Assembly: GCA_963783355.1 (NCBI GenBank)
Contig: CAWANF010000009.1
Location: forward strand, 2,290 to 66,289
Direction: 5' to 3'
Source: an uncultured bacterium
GTDB taxonomy: Bacteria; Bacteroidota; Rhodothermia; Balneolales; DATFMH01
DNA: 64,000 nt
How positions within the stretch are numbered: position 1 is the first letter of the stretch; each line of letters starts with the position of its first letter. The notes under the pieces were generated by a model. The model was not told the DNA's origin and did not search any database. It was given only the letters and a program-made list of their open reading frames with translations. This document shows positions 21,907 to 32,268 of the stretch, piece by piece. A program made the position numbers and the translations under genes.

Positions 21907-23229
21907 TTGAAACATTCACCAAATATCAAAAGTCGCTTATTAAGCATCCTGTTCTGGTCGGTGATTTCTGCCGCTTTCATCGGTCCGGGAACGGTAACAA
22001 CAGCCGCTTCAGCGGGAGCATCAGCCGGATATGCCCTGCTTTGGGCGCTCGTCTTCTCCACAATTGCCACACTTGTTTTACAGGAAGCCAGCGCCCGGAT
22101 AACCATCGTTTCAGGGATGAATCTTGGACAGGCCATCCGCAAATTATACAATTCATCTACTGCTCGTTATCTTACTATTCCCGTGGTGGTCGGTGCTATC
22201 ATTTTTGGCAGTGCCGCCTATGAAACCGGAAACATTTTGGGAGCTGTTGCCGGGCTCGCCCTGAACTGGTCAATTTCATCGGCCATTTTAACGTTCGCCA
22301 TCGGACTGCTGGCTTTTCTCATCCTTTGGTTCGGCTCTACCGATTTAATTGCTAAGATATTAGGCATTTTGGTAGCTTTGATGGGCATTTTGTTTTTAAG
22401 CACGGCTGTCATGCTGCATCCTTCATTCACGGGGCTTCTTAAAGGCAGTTTGATTCCGTCCATTCCCGGAAGTTCCGGGTTGTTGGTGCTGGCGCTCATC
22501 GGGACGACCGTTGTTCCATATAATCTTTTCCTGGGATCAGGAATTTCAGCCGGACAAGATCTGAATGAGCTCCGTTTCGGATTAAGTATTGCCGTCATTC
22601 TCGGGGGAATCATTTCTATGGGAATTCTGGTGGTCGGCGCTGCAGTAACCGGACCTTTTTCATTTCAGGCTTTATCATCTCAACTCATCTCACGTTTTGG
22701 TGAGTGGGCCGGCGTTTTCTTCGGATTCGGCCTCTTCGCCGCCGGACTATCTTCCGCTATAACCGCTCCCCTGGCTTCTTCCATTACCGCTAAAAGCCTG
22801 TTTGATCATAATGAAAAGAAACGATGGGATAAACAATCGACCCGTTTCCGGTCGGTCTGGATTGGTGTATTACTTGTAGGAATCATCTTTGGACTGACGG
22901 GACTAAAACCCATTCCTGCCATCATCTTAGCCCAGGCTTTAAATGGTATCGTTTTGCCTTTTGCAACCATCACCCTGATGATTGTGGTCAACGATACCGG
23001 TTTGATGGGCAAAGAAGGCTGTAATCACTGGTTCTCGAACACCATCATGACCATTGTGGTATTAGTAACGGTCATACTCGGGGTCATCAATGTGGTGAAA
23101 GCTGCTGTGAATACGTTTCACTGGAACATGCCGGGCGAGGGAACTTTGCTTATCATCTCTGCCATTGTGATTTTGATTGTTGCGCTGCCTCTGTACAGAG
23201 GGATAATGAAAAGGCGCAAATTGGCATAA
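21907..23229 (+). CDS. mntH: NRAMP-family divalent metal transporter
   Basis: ISAAFIGPGTVTTAASAGASAGYALLWALVFS. There is no in-frame ATG before the conserved region, so the start is probably TTG 21907. The ORF track starts at 21850, inside the repeat. Confidence 0.8.
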   Translation: MKHSPNIKSRLLSILFWSVISAAFIGPGTVTTAASAGASAGYALLWALVFSTIATLVLQEASARITIVSGMNLGQAIRKLYNSSTARYLTIPVVVGAIIFGSAAYETGNILGAVAGLALNWSISSAILTFAIGLLAFLILWFGSTDLIAKILGILVALMGILFLSTAVMLHPSFTGLLKGSLIPSIPGSSGLLVLALIGTTVVPYNLFLGSGISAGQDLNELRFGLSIAVILGGIISMGILVVGAAVTGPFSFQALSSQLISRFGEWAGVFFGFGLFAAGLSSAITAPLASSITAKSLFDHNEKKRWDKQSTRFRSVWIGVLLVGIIFGLTGLKPIPAIILAQALNGIVLPFATITLMIVVNDTGLMGKEGCNHWFSNTIMTIVVLVTVILGVINVVKAAVNTFHWNMPGEGTLLIISAIVILIVALPLYRGIMKRRKLA

Positions 23230-23339
23230 ATAATACAATTCGCCTGGTTGCGTGATGAATCCGCCTTTGAATTCCTGACCCTCGTTTCCCATATTATATA
23301 CTAATCCGTTAACTAATAATGAATTAACACAATTCTGAT

Positions 23340-23534
23340 TTGAAAACCCAGTTCAAAGAATACCCTTTGTGGAGGAAAATATGGATTATTTTTGCCTTAA
23401 TCGCAGCTTTGTATACTCTTTATGATGCCTTTATCAGACCAAGAGGCTCATCACGATTTGGAGATGCTTTAATGTTCTTTGTTTTTGCGACACTCATAGT
23501 AAATAATTATATATTAGACAGGAATAAGAATTAA
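23340..23534 (+). CDS. small 2-TM membrane protein (paralog 1)
   Basis: 64 aa. KIWIIFALIAALYTLYDAF resembles the next ORF. Confidence 0.45.
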   Translation: MKTQFKEYPLWRKIWIIFALIAALYTLYDAFIRPRGSSRFGDALMFFVFATLIVNNYILDRNKN

Positions 23535-23550
23535 CAACATGCATTGAACC

Positions 23551-23745
23551 ATGCAAGAAAAACCTGAGGAACCCTCGTTACTTTATAAAATCTGGCTTAT
23601 CACAGCGGCGGCTGCGGCCATTTTCATGCTTGTCGATACCTTCCTGCACGGCTTACCCAGAACCATTGACATTATCCTGATGTTTTATGTCCTGATTGTA
23701 GTAATTATCAATAAATCCCGGATGAAAAAGAAAACATCAAAATGA
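23551..23745 (+). CDS. small 2-TM membrane protein (paralog 2)
   Basis: 64 aa. KIWLITAAAAAIFMLVDTF. Same length and topology as the previous ORF. Confidence 0.45.
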   Translation: MQEKPEEPSLLYKIWLITAAAAAIFMLVDTFLHGLPRTIDIILMFYVLIVVIINKSRMKKKTSK

Positions 23746-23761
23746 AAGGGCATGTTCCCTG

Positions 23762-23796
23762 TACTCATTACCCAATACTCACTACTCTGTACTAAT
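23762..23796. repeat. TACTCAN heptad micro-repeat
   Basis: tactcat tacccaa tactcac tactctg tactaat. The 14-mer AATACTCACTACTC (23774-23787) is identical to 55366-55379. Confidence 0.7.
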
Positions 23797-23806
23797 TATA
23801 AAACGC

Positions 23807-24151
23807 ATGCAAAAATCGAGAGAAATAAGTCTGGACGAATTTTTATCCGTGCAATTGCAGGTTGGAACTGTTCTTTCAGCTCAGCTAAATCAAAAAGCTA
23901 AAAAGCCGGCCTATATTTTAGAAATCGACTTTGGGGAATATGGCAAGAAAATCAGTTCTGCCCAGCTCTCCGAAAACTATTCTATTCAGGATTTAGTCGG
24001 GAAACAGGTTATCGCCGTGTTGAATTTTCCGCCGAAAAGAGTGGCTGGAATCAAATCCGAAGTACTGGTTTTAGGAGCCATGAGCGAAGTATACGGAACC
24101 ATTCTCATCTCACCCGACAAAAATGTCGAAAATGGCACGGTGATATTGTAA
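23807..24151 (+). CDS. csaA: tRNA-binding domain protein (CsaA-like)
   Basis: LQVGTVLSAQLNQKAKKPAYILEIDFGEYGKKISSAQL...VLVLGA. Confidence 0.75.
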   Translation: MQKSREISLDEFLSVQLQVGTVLSAQLNQKAKKPAYILEIDFGEYGKKISSAQLSENYSIQDLVGKQVIAVLNFPPKRVAGIKSEVLVLGAMSEVYGTILISPDKNVENGTVIL

Positions 24152-24222
24152 GGAAAAATGAAAACGTTTTACCTATATGCCGGAAGGCAAGCCTTTGCAA
24201 ATCTGGCACTTTGTGCCTCTGA

Positions 24223-24570
24223 TTAAATCAACCGCAGATTCAGCGGATAACGATACGCAAAACCCTGATAAGCCTGCCGTGCACCTATAACGGTGTAAAC
24301 AAAATTGATAAACATCAAAACGATGAGCAACGGCAATCCAATCAAAATAAATATTAACAATGCCGCAGCAATCATATATATGGTCATACTTATCTGAAAA
24401 TTAACGACTTCCATACCCTGATCTTCTACCATTGGATATTGCTCCTTAAATATCGCAAAGACAATCAGGGGACCGATGATATTTCCAAATGGTACCAGGT
24501 AACCAGACAAACTGCTCAAATGGCAAATCATAGCCCATTTTTCTTCTTCCTCGCTAAAGTCAGAATCCAT
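24223..24570 (-). CDS. DUF4870-like membrane protein
   Basis: MICHLSSLSGYLVPFGNIIGPLIVF...VNFQISMTIY. Confidence 0.6.
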   Translation of the reverse strand: MDSDFSEEEEKWAMICHLSSLSGYLVPFGNIIGPLIVFAIFKEQYPMVEDQGMEVVNFQISMTIYMIAAALLIFILIGLPLLIVLMFINFVYTVIGARQAYQGFAYRYPLNLRLI

Positions 24571-24729
24571 AATTCTCTCGATTAATTTTTCGTTTGTTGA
24601 AACTCTCTTCTGATACGTAATGCAGGTTGAAATGTTTATGTGACAGACATGGTTTATTACGTTACTTACTTATACACTAATTAATCATTTATCATTGCTA
24701 AGTAAAATTGTTTTTAAATAATTAAAGCT

Positions 24730-25541
24730 ATGCTACAATATTTTATTTGTTCAACTTGCGGTTCTCAGTTCAGTGCTGTTGAAAATCCGCCGGATCATTG
24801 TCCTGTATGTGAAGATGAACGCCAATATGTTAACTGGAACGGTCAGCAATGGACGACTTTAGAATCATTAAAGAACGATCATCATAATATCATCAGGAAA
24901 ATAGAGCCTGGCATTTACGGCATAAGCACCGAACCCAAATTTGCTATTGGACAACAGGCGCTGCTGATTCAAACCCCACAGGGAAATATATTGTGGGACT
25001 GCATCTCCCTTCTGGATGATGAAACGATTGAGGAAGTAAACAAACTTGGTGGAATTTCGGCCATTGCTATCTCACACCCTCATTATTACTCTTCTATGGT
25101 TGAATGGAGCCATGCTTTTAATAATGCTCCCATTTATCTGCACGACAATGACAAGCAGTGGATCATGAGAACCGATCCTTCCATTACATTATGGAATGGT
25201 GCCACTCATATTTTAAATGAATCAAGCACATTAATTTGCTGCGGCGGACATTTCGAGGGAGCCACTGTTCTGCACTGGAAAGATGGAGCCGACGGAAAGG
25301 GCATTTTATTCACGGTGATACCATCAAAGTAGCAATGGATCGTCGGTTTGTTAGCTTTATGCGCAGTTATCCGAATCATCTGCCATTGAATGCCAGTGCT
25401 GTTCGAAATATCGTTGTTTCTGTTGCACCTTTTCAATTCGACCGGATTTACGGAGCCTGGTATAATCATGTCGTACAGGAAAATGCGAAGAAAGTAGTTC
25501 GCAAATCAGCAGAACGGTATATTCATGCCATCAATGGTTAA
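24730..25541 (+). CDS. MBL-fold metallo-hydrolase, single frame change at about 25314
   Basis: CSTCGSQF...CPVCEDER and AIAISHPHYY. ORF 24730-25332 ends GILFTVIPSK*. The frame of 25236-25541 reads HGDTIKVAMDRRFVSFMRSYPN. acggtgat would restore the frame as acgggtgat. Confidence 0.75.
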
Positions 25542-25555
25542 TATATTTTATAAAT

Positions 25556-26209
25556 ATGGATGAACTGGCACGATTTATAGCTCTTTATGGTAATTATGTT
25601 ATCATCGCATTTGTACTGCTTTGTTTTGGAATTTTTCTCTTCATTGGCCGGAAGAATACCTACTTTTTGCCTAAGGGATTCCTGGCATGGACTGCCGATA
25701 TCATCCTGATTATTGTGGTATCACTGGCCATATCGACAGGCATTCTTGTACAGACTCAAATCTCGCCTCTTAAATCGGTTTTTCAACAAACGGATAAACC
25801 GGCTCAAAATCTGAAATTTCAACTCGTCAGTAACGACAGTACGTTGAGCTTGAATAATTATAAAGGGAAAGTCGTTTTATTGAATTTCTGGGCTACCTGG
25901 TGCGGTCCCTGCATGGAAGAAATCCCCGAATTGAATCGTCTGCAGGAAGTGTACGGAGACAAAGGCCTGGTCGTCATTACAATATCGGATGAAAAGCGCT
26001 CTCACCTTCAAAAATATTTCGATGAGAATCCATGGAACTTCATAAAGGGATATTTAAATCCGCAGATTTGGGCAAATGGGCCGTATCGCAAATTCCAGGG
26101 AATTCGTCCGGTCAGTTTCATTATTGACCGGAATGGCATTATCAAAGAGAGTCTTGTTGGTGCGCATACCTATGTTCAGCTGCAGAATATGGTTCAGAAA
26201 TACTTGTAA
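25556..26209 (+). CDS. TlpA-family thiol:disulfide oxidoreductase
   Basis: N-terminal TM segments, then VVLLNFWATWCGPCMEEIPEL. Confidence 0.85.
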   Translation: MDELARFIALYGNYVIIAFVLLCFGIFLFIGRKNTYFLPKGFLAWTADIILIIVVSLAISTGILVQTQISPLKSVFQQTDKPAQNLKFQLVSNDSTLSLNNYKGKVVLLNFWATWCGPCMEEIPELNRLQEVYGDKGLVVITISDEKRSHLQKYFDENPWNFIKGYLNPQIWANGPYRKFQGIRPVSFIIDRNGIIKESLVGAHTYVQLQNMVQKYL

Positions 26210-26395
26210 AGACAAAGAAAGCTATGCTTTGTTATTAAGGAATTAAGTGTATTAAGGAGAAAAATTTTAAATCCTGTTTATTTACTTCTGCTTTGGAGTT
26301 TGGGATTGATGGGTTACTCAGGCACAAAAAAAGCCATCCGGACCACACTCCGGACAGCTTTCTTATATATCCTGATAAAGGTCAGAAATCAAGCT

Positions 26396-27898
26396 TTAAA
26401 AAGTGTAACTCAACGACAAATGGAACAGAGTTGTTGATAGCTGGCTTACACTATTATTGTATTCACTGGCTACTTTACTGGAACTGCTTGCCGTTTCCTT
26501 TTGATTGAAAGCATGTTCCACAGCAAAATTTAAACGCAAAGGTGCTATTACCTGATAGCCTAAGCCCAGCATAACATGGTTTTCAACAATGGCCGGGAAT
26601 ACCGGGAATACCGTTGATTTCGGGACTGGGTTACTTCCATAGACATAACCGGCCCGAACTGTGAAGCTGGAGTTCACATCATATTCACCACCGACTTTCA
26701 CGATTACAGAATTATTCCAATCCAACGGAAAATTAACCGTAAAATCCCCCTGGTTACCAAGCATTCTGTTAATATTGGCATTGTTACCGTTCTTCAGGCT
26801 TAACTCCATTTTATCAAAAGCGTTTTTCCAGTTCAGCCACATGGCATCCAATGAAATACGGAAATTTTCTGTCGCCTTTGCCGACATACCGAATCCAATT
26901 GTTTGGGGCAAGCTGAAACGTGCTTCCAAATTATATTCTGCTTTTACTCCGGCTGACATATCAATACCCATTTGTGAAAATTGCTGCATAACAGCAGTCT
27001 GGGCGTCCTGTTGTGTACTTCCCGGATTTTGCATCATATATCCCATGACAGCTTTACCGAATGCATCATTGAGCTGAGCTGTCATATCCATCGTTGCTTT
27101 TCCGTTTTTATAAACGAGAGGCGTTGGCATCGAATAGCTTAACCCGAATGAAAGTCTGTCATTGGGTTTAAACGCAATACCGATTTTACCTGTGAAAGTA
27201 GTTGAAGTCAGGTTTTTCATGTTAGCAGCAGCAGTCACTTCGCTATATCCAAAACCACCCTGCGTCGGTGGAGCAGCGAACATATCTCCAAATGTCATAC
27301 CCGTAGTTGGATTGACAACACCCTTCATAACAGATGGGCTCAAACTATATGGAGTTTCGAATTCCATCATGCTGTAAACCAAATGAGCTGATGCCCCAAT
27401 CGACAATTGGGGTGTCAGTTTGTAGGAAACCGATGGCCCGCCCTGCATCACAGCTAACATGGAGTGATATTTCATGGGGGTATAATTTCCGGATTGATCT
27501 ACAAAAAGGGCGTGATCCATTGTAAAATCCGCACCCATACCGCCAGATGTAAAAAAGCCAAATCCCCATGCCAGCTTGCTGTCTGGATTACTATTTACAT
27601 ACGACAAACTCGGCAAAGGAAAATAATTTTTCTTACCGGCAACATCATTAATGGTATTTTGAAAATGAAGTGTCGGCGCCATTAAAGAAAAATTAAAATC
27701 CAGCATATTTTTATTGATAAATGAAATACCTGCAGGATTCGACATCATTAAAACCGGACTATCAAATGTTCCGATACTTGTTCCGCCCCGCCCCAACGTT
27801 CGGGCATTAAAATCAATCAGTTGTGTCCCGTTTTGCGCTCTTAATAACGAAAACGGAACCAAAAGAAGAAATGTGATTAATATCAATTTTGTTCTCAT
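26396..27898 (-). CDS. outer-membrane transport protein (FadL/OmpP1/TodX family)
   Basis: 500 aa. Signal peptide MRTKLILITFLLLVPFSLLRAQ, beta-strand-rich sequence, C-terminal LSLSYTF. Confidence 0.75.
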   Translation of the reverse strand: MRTKLILITFLLLVPFSLLRAQNGTQLIDFNARTLGRGGTSIGTFDSPVLMMSNPAGISFINKNMLDFNFSLMAPTLHFQNTINDVAGKKNYFPLPSLSYVNSNPDSKLAWGFGFFTSGGMGADFTMDHALFVDQSGNYTPMKYHSMLAVMQGGPSVSYKLTPQLSIGASAHLVYSMMEFETPYSLSPSVMKGVVNPTTGMTFGDMFAAPPTQGGFGYSEVTAAANMKNLTSTTFTGKIGIAFKPNDRLSFGLSYSMPTPLVYKNGKATMDMTAQLNDAFGKAVMGYMMQNPGSTQQDAQTAVMQQFSQMGIDMSAGVKAEYNLEARFSLPQTIGFGMSAKATENFRISLDAMWLNWKNAFDKMELSLKNGNNANINRMLGNQGDFTVNFPLDWNNSVIVKVGGEYDVNSSFTVRAGYVYGSNPVPKSTVFPVFPAIVENHVMLGLGYQVIAPLRLNFAVEHAFNQKETASSSSKVASEYNNSVSQLSTTLFHLSLSYTF

Positions 27899-28366
27899 GG
27901 TTCAGATATCCTCTCTTTTAAAATGATTTGTGTGATATTAGAAGATCCCCGCTCCCCTTTTCAAATCCTCCACGAATGCAACAGAAAGGAACGGGCGATC
28001 TTGAAATAAAAAAAGAATTGAAATTTGAGTATATGACAAACGACTTCTCTTTTAAAAGCCAGATATTAAACCATCACACTGAGTTTTATTATGCCTTTCT
28101 TCAAGATGAATATGACGGAAATTCCGGCTTATTTAATGATTTTTTTAAATAGCTCTCTCTCTTTTGATTTTCAAAACATAATTCCCAGCCTCGTCAAAAT
28201 AAACGGCCAGGAAATCTCTAGTTTATCAACCATCAGCATACCAATTTTTCGTCAAATTAATATTACTTTATGGTTATATAAATGTTTCACTTTTTTTAAT
28301 TTAAGATATGAGATTCTTTTGTCCTAATATATTATTGCATTTTTTTAAACTTTTATAAATCCAATT

Positions 28367-28705
28367 TTAAAGCAGTTCATTCACATTTTCCGGCGGCCGT
28401 CCAAGAATAGCCTTCTCCCCTTTAATGACAATGGGCCGTTCAATGAGTATAGGATTAGCAACCATCGCTTTAATCCATTCGTCTTCAGTCAGCTCCCGCC
28501 CCTTAAACTGTTCTTTAAAAATTTTCTCATTTTTACGAACTAACGCTTCTGCTTTTATGCCCAACATGGCAATGATATTCTTCAATTCCTGTTCTGAAGG
28601 AGGGTTCTCAAGATACTTGATAATCTCGGGATGAATATGATGCTCTTCAATGATTTTCAAAGTCTGCCTGCTTTTTCCACAGCGCGGGTTATGATAAATT
28701 TTCAT
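28367..28705 (-). CDS. arsC: ArsC/Spx-family protein (arsenate reductase-like)
   Basis: MKIYHNPRCGKSRQTLKII...ILIERPIV. Confidence 0.8.
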   Translation of the reverse strand: MKIYHNPRCGKSRQTLKIIEEHHIHPEIIKYLENPPSEQELKNIIAMLGIKAEALVRKNEKIFKEQFKGRELTEDEWIKAMVANPILIERPIVIKGEKAILGRPPENVNELL

Positions 28706-28894
28706 GATACTCTTTTAATAAAATTTTCTATTTGGACTCAGCTATAAGATAAATGTTCATCAAATAAATCACAGAACAGCAGTAGAATAGAAACATATAA
28801 TTTGAATACAACCAAAAAGAGTCGAAAATTACAGGCATAAAATACATTCAATATTCATCAGAGAACCATTCTTATAACAACCGAATAAATTGCA

Positions 28895-29461
28895 ATGAAC
28901 TCATTGAAAATCCCAAAGAGTGAACCTCTCTTTTATGTTTCAGCCGTAACAGCAATTCTTGCCGTCATATTATTTATTGAAGTTGTCGATAAAAAGGGAG
29001 AAGCACCGAAATACGGAACCTTTTCTTTTTCCAAAGAATTGAAATTGCCAGGTCATCCGACTGAAATCTACGACGCCATTACCGGGGACCTCAGTGCCTG
29101 GTGGGATCATACTTTTTCAAAGAAACCAGCAAAATTTTACCTCGATCCCAAACCCGGAGGCGGATTTTATGAAATCTTTGATCAGGAGGGCAATGGTGTT
29201 TTACATGCTACCGTGATTTATGCCGACCGTGGAAAAATGCTTCGATTTGACGGTCCGCTGGGCTTATCCGGCCGGGCTATCCATATGGTTTTTACTTATA
29301 CGTTTAAATCGATTCAGCCAGACTCAACCCTCCTGACGTTATCCGTTCATGCCGCAGGAGAAACCGGAGATTTTCAATCAGTTGTAGAAAAAGTTTGGGA
29401 TCATTTCCTTTTCGAACGTTTCAAACCATATGTTGAATCCGGCGCCTACAAAAAGGAATGA
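28895..29461 (+). CDS. SRPBCC (Aha1-like) domain protein
   Basis: N-terminal TM segment, then DLSAWWDHTF...GGGFYEIFD...LRFDGPLGLSG. Confidence 0.55.
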   Translation: MNSLKIPKSEPLFYVSAVTAILAVILFIEVVDKKGEAPKYGTFSFSKELKLPGHPTEIYDAITGDLSAWWDHTFSKKPAKFYLDPKPGGGFYEIFDQEGNGVLHATVIYADRGKMLRFDGPLGLSGRAIHMVFTYTFKSIQPDSTLLTLSVHAAGETGDFQSVVEKVWDHFLFERFKPYVESGAYKKE

Positions 29462-29501
29462 CTGGTTAACAGGCTTCGACAAATTTTAGAAAAATTCGGG
29501 T

Positions 29502-30818
29502 ATGATAAAGAAAATAAAAGGGCCGCAATATTCTTCGTTATTAAAACCATTTCAGGATTTTTTTTCCAGGGAAGCTTCAGGGGGAATCGTACTCATCATT
29601 TTTACAATTATTGCCTTAATATGGGCGAATTCTTCATTTAGCCAGGTTTATCATTCCTTCTGGAATACCACTTTCACAATCGGAACCGGAACATACCATT
29701 TGTCCAAACCACTTCTTCTTTGGATTAATGACGGCCTGATGGCTTTGTTCTTCTTCCTTGTCGGGCTCGAAATAAAAAGAGAAATATCGACCGGGGAACT
29801 TTCTCAACCCGGTAAGATAGTATTGCCGGTTTCTGCAGCTATTGGAGGAATGATTTTCCCGGCATTGATTTATTATTTTTTCAATTCCGGGAAAACCGGG
29901 CTCGACGGCTGGGCCATTCCGATAGCAACGGATATTGCATTTTCTCTTGGCATCCTCTCCCTGCTCGGCAACCGGATTCCAACAAATCTAAAGATATTTG
30001 TTACTGCCTTTGCCATCGTAGACGACATCGGTGCCGTTTTAATCATTGCCTTATTTTACACAACTGATTTATCCACCGTTTTTTTACTGGTATCCGGTAT
30101 CATTTTTTTATTCATGATTTTTTTGAATAAAAAGAATGTTCAGAAGTCCATATTCTATATCATACCCGGACTTTTATTATGGTTTATGTTATTGAAATCG
30201 GGTATTCATGCGACGATTGCCGGAATATTATGTGCGGTAACCATCCCTGCAATTAACCGAACGAACAGAAAGGAATTTACAGGCGGGATATTAAAATTAA
30301 CCAAACGTTTCGATGTAATATCACTTACCTCAAAAGAAATCACCGATGAACAACGCAGTATTTTAACTCAAATACGAGAATCGACGCGCTCTGCCGAATC
30401 GATGCTTCAGCGTATGGAGCATGCTCTTTTACCCTGGGTGACTTTTTTTATAATTCCATTATTTGCACTCGCCAATGCAGGTGTTACTATAAATCTCGGC
30501 CTGTTAAACAATTTCTTTAATCCGGTAACTATGGGAATTATTCTTGGATTATTTATAGGAAATCAGCTTGGGATTACCACTTTCACCTGGCTTGCTGTTA
30601 AAACAGGGATGGCAACCTTACCAACCGATATGCGATTTTATCACGTATACGGGGCCAGTTGTCTGGCAGGAATTGGATTTACCATGTCTTTGTTTGTAAC
30701 CGGCTTGTCTTTTACAGATACGTTGTTGATTGATCAGGCAAAAATGGGAATCATCGTTGGTTCCATGTTGTCCGGCCTATCAGGATGGGTTCTTCTCCGG
30801 TTTCAAAATTCAAAATAA
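29502..30818 (+). CDS. nhaA: Na+/H+ antiporter NhaA
   Basis: WINDGLMALFFFLVGLEIKRE, ATDIAFSLG and AIVDDIGAVLIIALFY. Confidence 0.9.
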   Translation: MIKKIKGPQYSSLLKPFQDFFSREASGGIVLIIFTIIALIWANSSFSQVYHSFWNTTFTIGTGTYHLSKPLLLWINDGLMALFFFLVGLEIKREISTGELSQPGKIVLPVSAAIGGMIFPALIYYFFNSGKTGLDGWAIPIATDIAFSLGILSLLGNRIPTNLKIFVTAFAIVDDIGAVLIIALFYTTDLSTVFLLVSGIIFLFMIFLNKKNVQKSIFYIIPGLLLWFMLLKSGIHATIAGILCAVTIPAINRTNRKEFTGGILKLTKRFDVISLTSKEITDEQRSILTQIRESTRSAESMLQRMEHALLPWVTFFIIPLFALANAGVTINLGLLNNFFNPVTMGIILGLFIGNQLGITTFTWLAVKTGMATLPTDMRFYHVYGASCLAGIGFTMSLFVTGLSFTDTLLIDQAKMGIIVGSMLSGLSGWVLLRFQNSK

Positions 30819-30920
30819 TGGTAAAAAACAATCCGGCTGTTGCGAAAAATCAATTTAAAAAGTAACGTTAGGACATGAGGTTCCGTTATCATTATTCATT
30901 CTTGAAAGAGGATCATTATT

Positions 30921-31394
30921 ATGAAGAGGAATTATTATCATTTTGCCTTTTTTGCCATACTTATATTCCTTGTTTCCTGTTCCGGATCGAAAGAAACATC
31001 TAAAACGTCTTCCGGCTTCACTTTAAAACCGGATAGTAAAGTCAATACCTTTTTTTATAAAGATCCTTTTCTTAAAGTTCGGAAATCGGTCATCAACTCT
31101 TTACAGGATGCCGACATGTTTATTAAAGATGCCCGGGATTATAACCCGAATACATTGCTTTTGGTGGCCAGGTACGATAATATTCACACCTTGTTTATGC
31201 CGCAGGTCCTCGAGCTCAATGTCTATATTTCACAAATGAAAACAGGTCAAATCAGGGTTTATACGCCAAAACCTGATCCCAAACAGTTCACGGCACGCGC
31301 ATCTATCGAGCGTTATGAAACATATATCCATTCTCTGTTAAAAAAGAAACTGAATTTGGTCAAGACCTCCTTCACAGATGACGATGGAATCTAA
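30921..31394 (+). CDS. lipoprotein, hypothetical
   Basis: Lipobox FLVSCSG. 157 aa. Confidence 0.5.
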   Translation: MKRNYYHFAFFAILIFLVSCSGSKETSKTSSGFTLKPDSKVNTFFYKDPFLKVRKSVINSLQDADMFIKDARDYNPNTLLLVARYDNIHTLFMPQVLELNVYISQMKTGQIRVYTPKPDPKQFTARASIERYETYIHSLLKKKLNLVKTSFTDDDGI

Positions 31395-31515
31395 ATAATA
31401 CCTGAGTCTGTCCTGCCCGATTCTTTTCATTGGTGTCATTAATACGAATATTGCATTTTCTAGTCATCTTAGTTTGAAAGACCGCTGTTAAATTATTAAC
31501 CTGTTATTCGTGTAA

Positions 31516-32034
31516 TTGTGGTTAAATACAAGTGTAGTAATAAGTTATATAGTAATAATGGACCAGGTAGAAGGTGCCGTAACATATCATCCGGAGAATT
31601 ACGACGAATTTCAGTTGGTTGTCAAATGGATACTTATCCTGGCAGGAACGGTATACATTCTGTTGTTCCTGGAAAAATGGATCACCAACGAATATAATTT
31701 CAATATTTTCTTTTACCTCCTTTTCGGTTTAACGATGCTATCCTATCCCATCATTTATCCCAAGCATGTCATATATAAAGAAAATTTTATCATCCTGAAT
31801 ACTATCGGATTGGAAGCAAAAAGCCAGTGGACAATAGCTAAACACTGGAAATGGGAACGAATCATGGAAATTTCTATGAACAGAAAAATCATCAAGATTA
31901 CTTTTACGAGTGGTTTGGTCGATGAAATAAAACTATCGTTATACTCAAAAAATCAGGTTGACTGTATTAAAAACCAAATCAGAGACATCATATATGATAG
32001 AAATATTAAAATGTGCGAAGAAGGCCATGTTTAA
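31516..32034 (+). CDS. membrane protein, hypothetical
   Basis: 172 aa intact ORF with 2-3 TM helices. The start may be ATG 31558. Confidence 0.45.
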   Translation: MWLNTSVVISYIVIMDQVEGAVTYHPENYDEFQLVVKWILILAGTVYILLFLEKWITNEYNFNIFFYLLFGLTMLSYPIIYPKHVIYKENFIILNTIGLEAKSQWTIAKHWKWERIMEISMNRKIIKITFTSGLVDEIKLSLYSKNQVDCIKNQIRDIIYDRNIKMCEEGHV

Positions 32035-32268
32035 GAGTTTAATAAAACAGGGACTCGCTCTTTCTTATGAACTCTAATCTCAGCTATCAGCAAATTCAGG
32101 AAATAAAAAACAATTATCATATCGACTGGAGTTTATCCGAGTCATAACAAAGCAATCTAATTATAAGAATTTATAACACGCCAACCGCTCTCCGTCAACT
32201 TTTTTCGATTATTCTCAGTTACAACATAAAGAAGTCAATTTTTTATCTTGAAACACAGGGGATATATC

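Noticed and set aside
27899-28366. Small ORFs (27928-28152, 28091-28327) in the long AT-rich spacer upstream of the FadL-like gene.
   Set aside because: The translations are low-complexity and AT-driven, with no motifs. The spacer is more likely a promoter or regulatory region.
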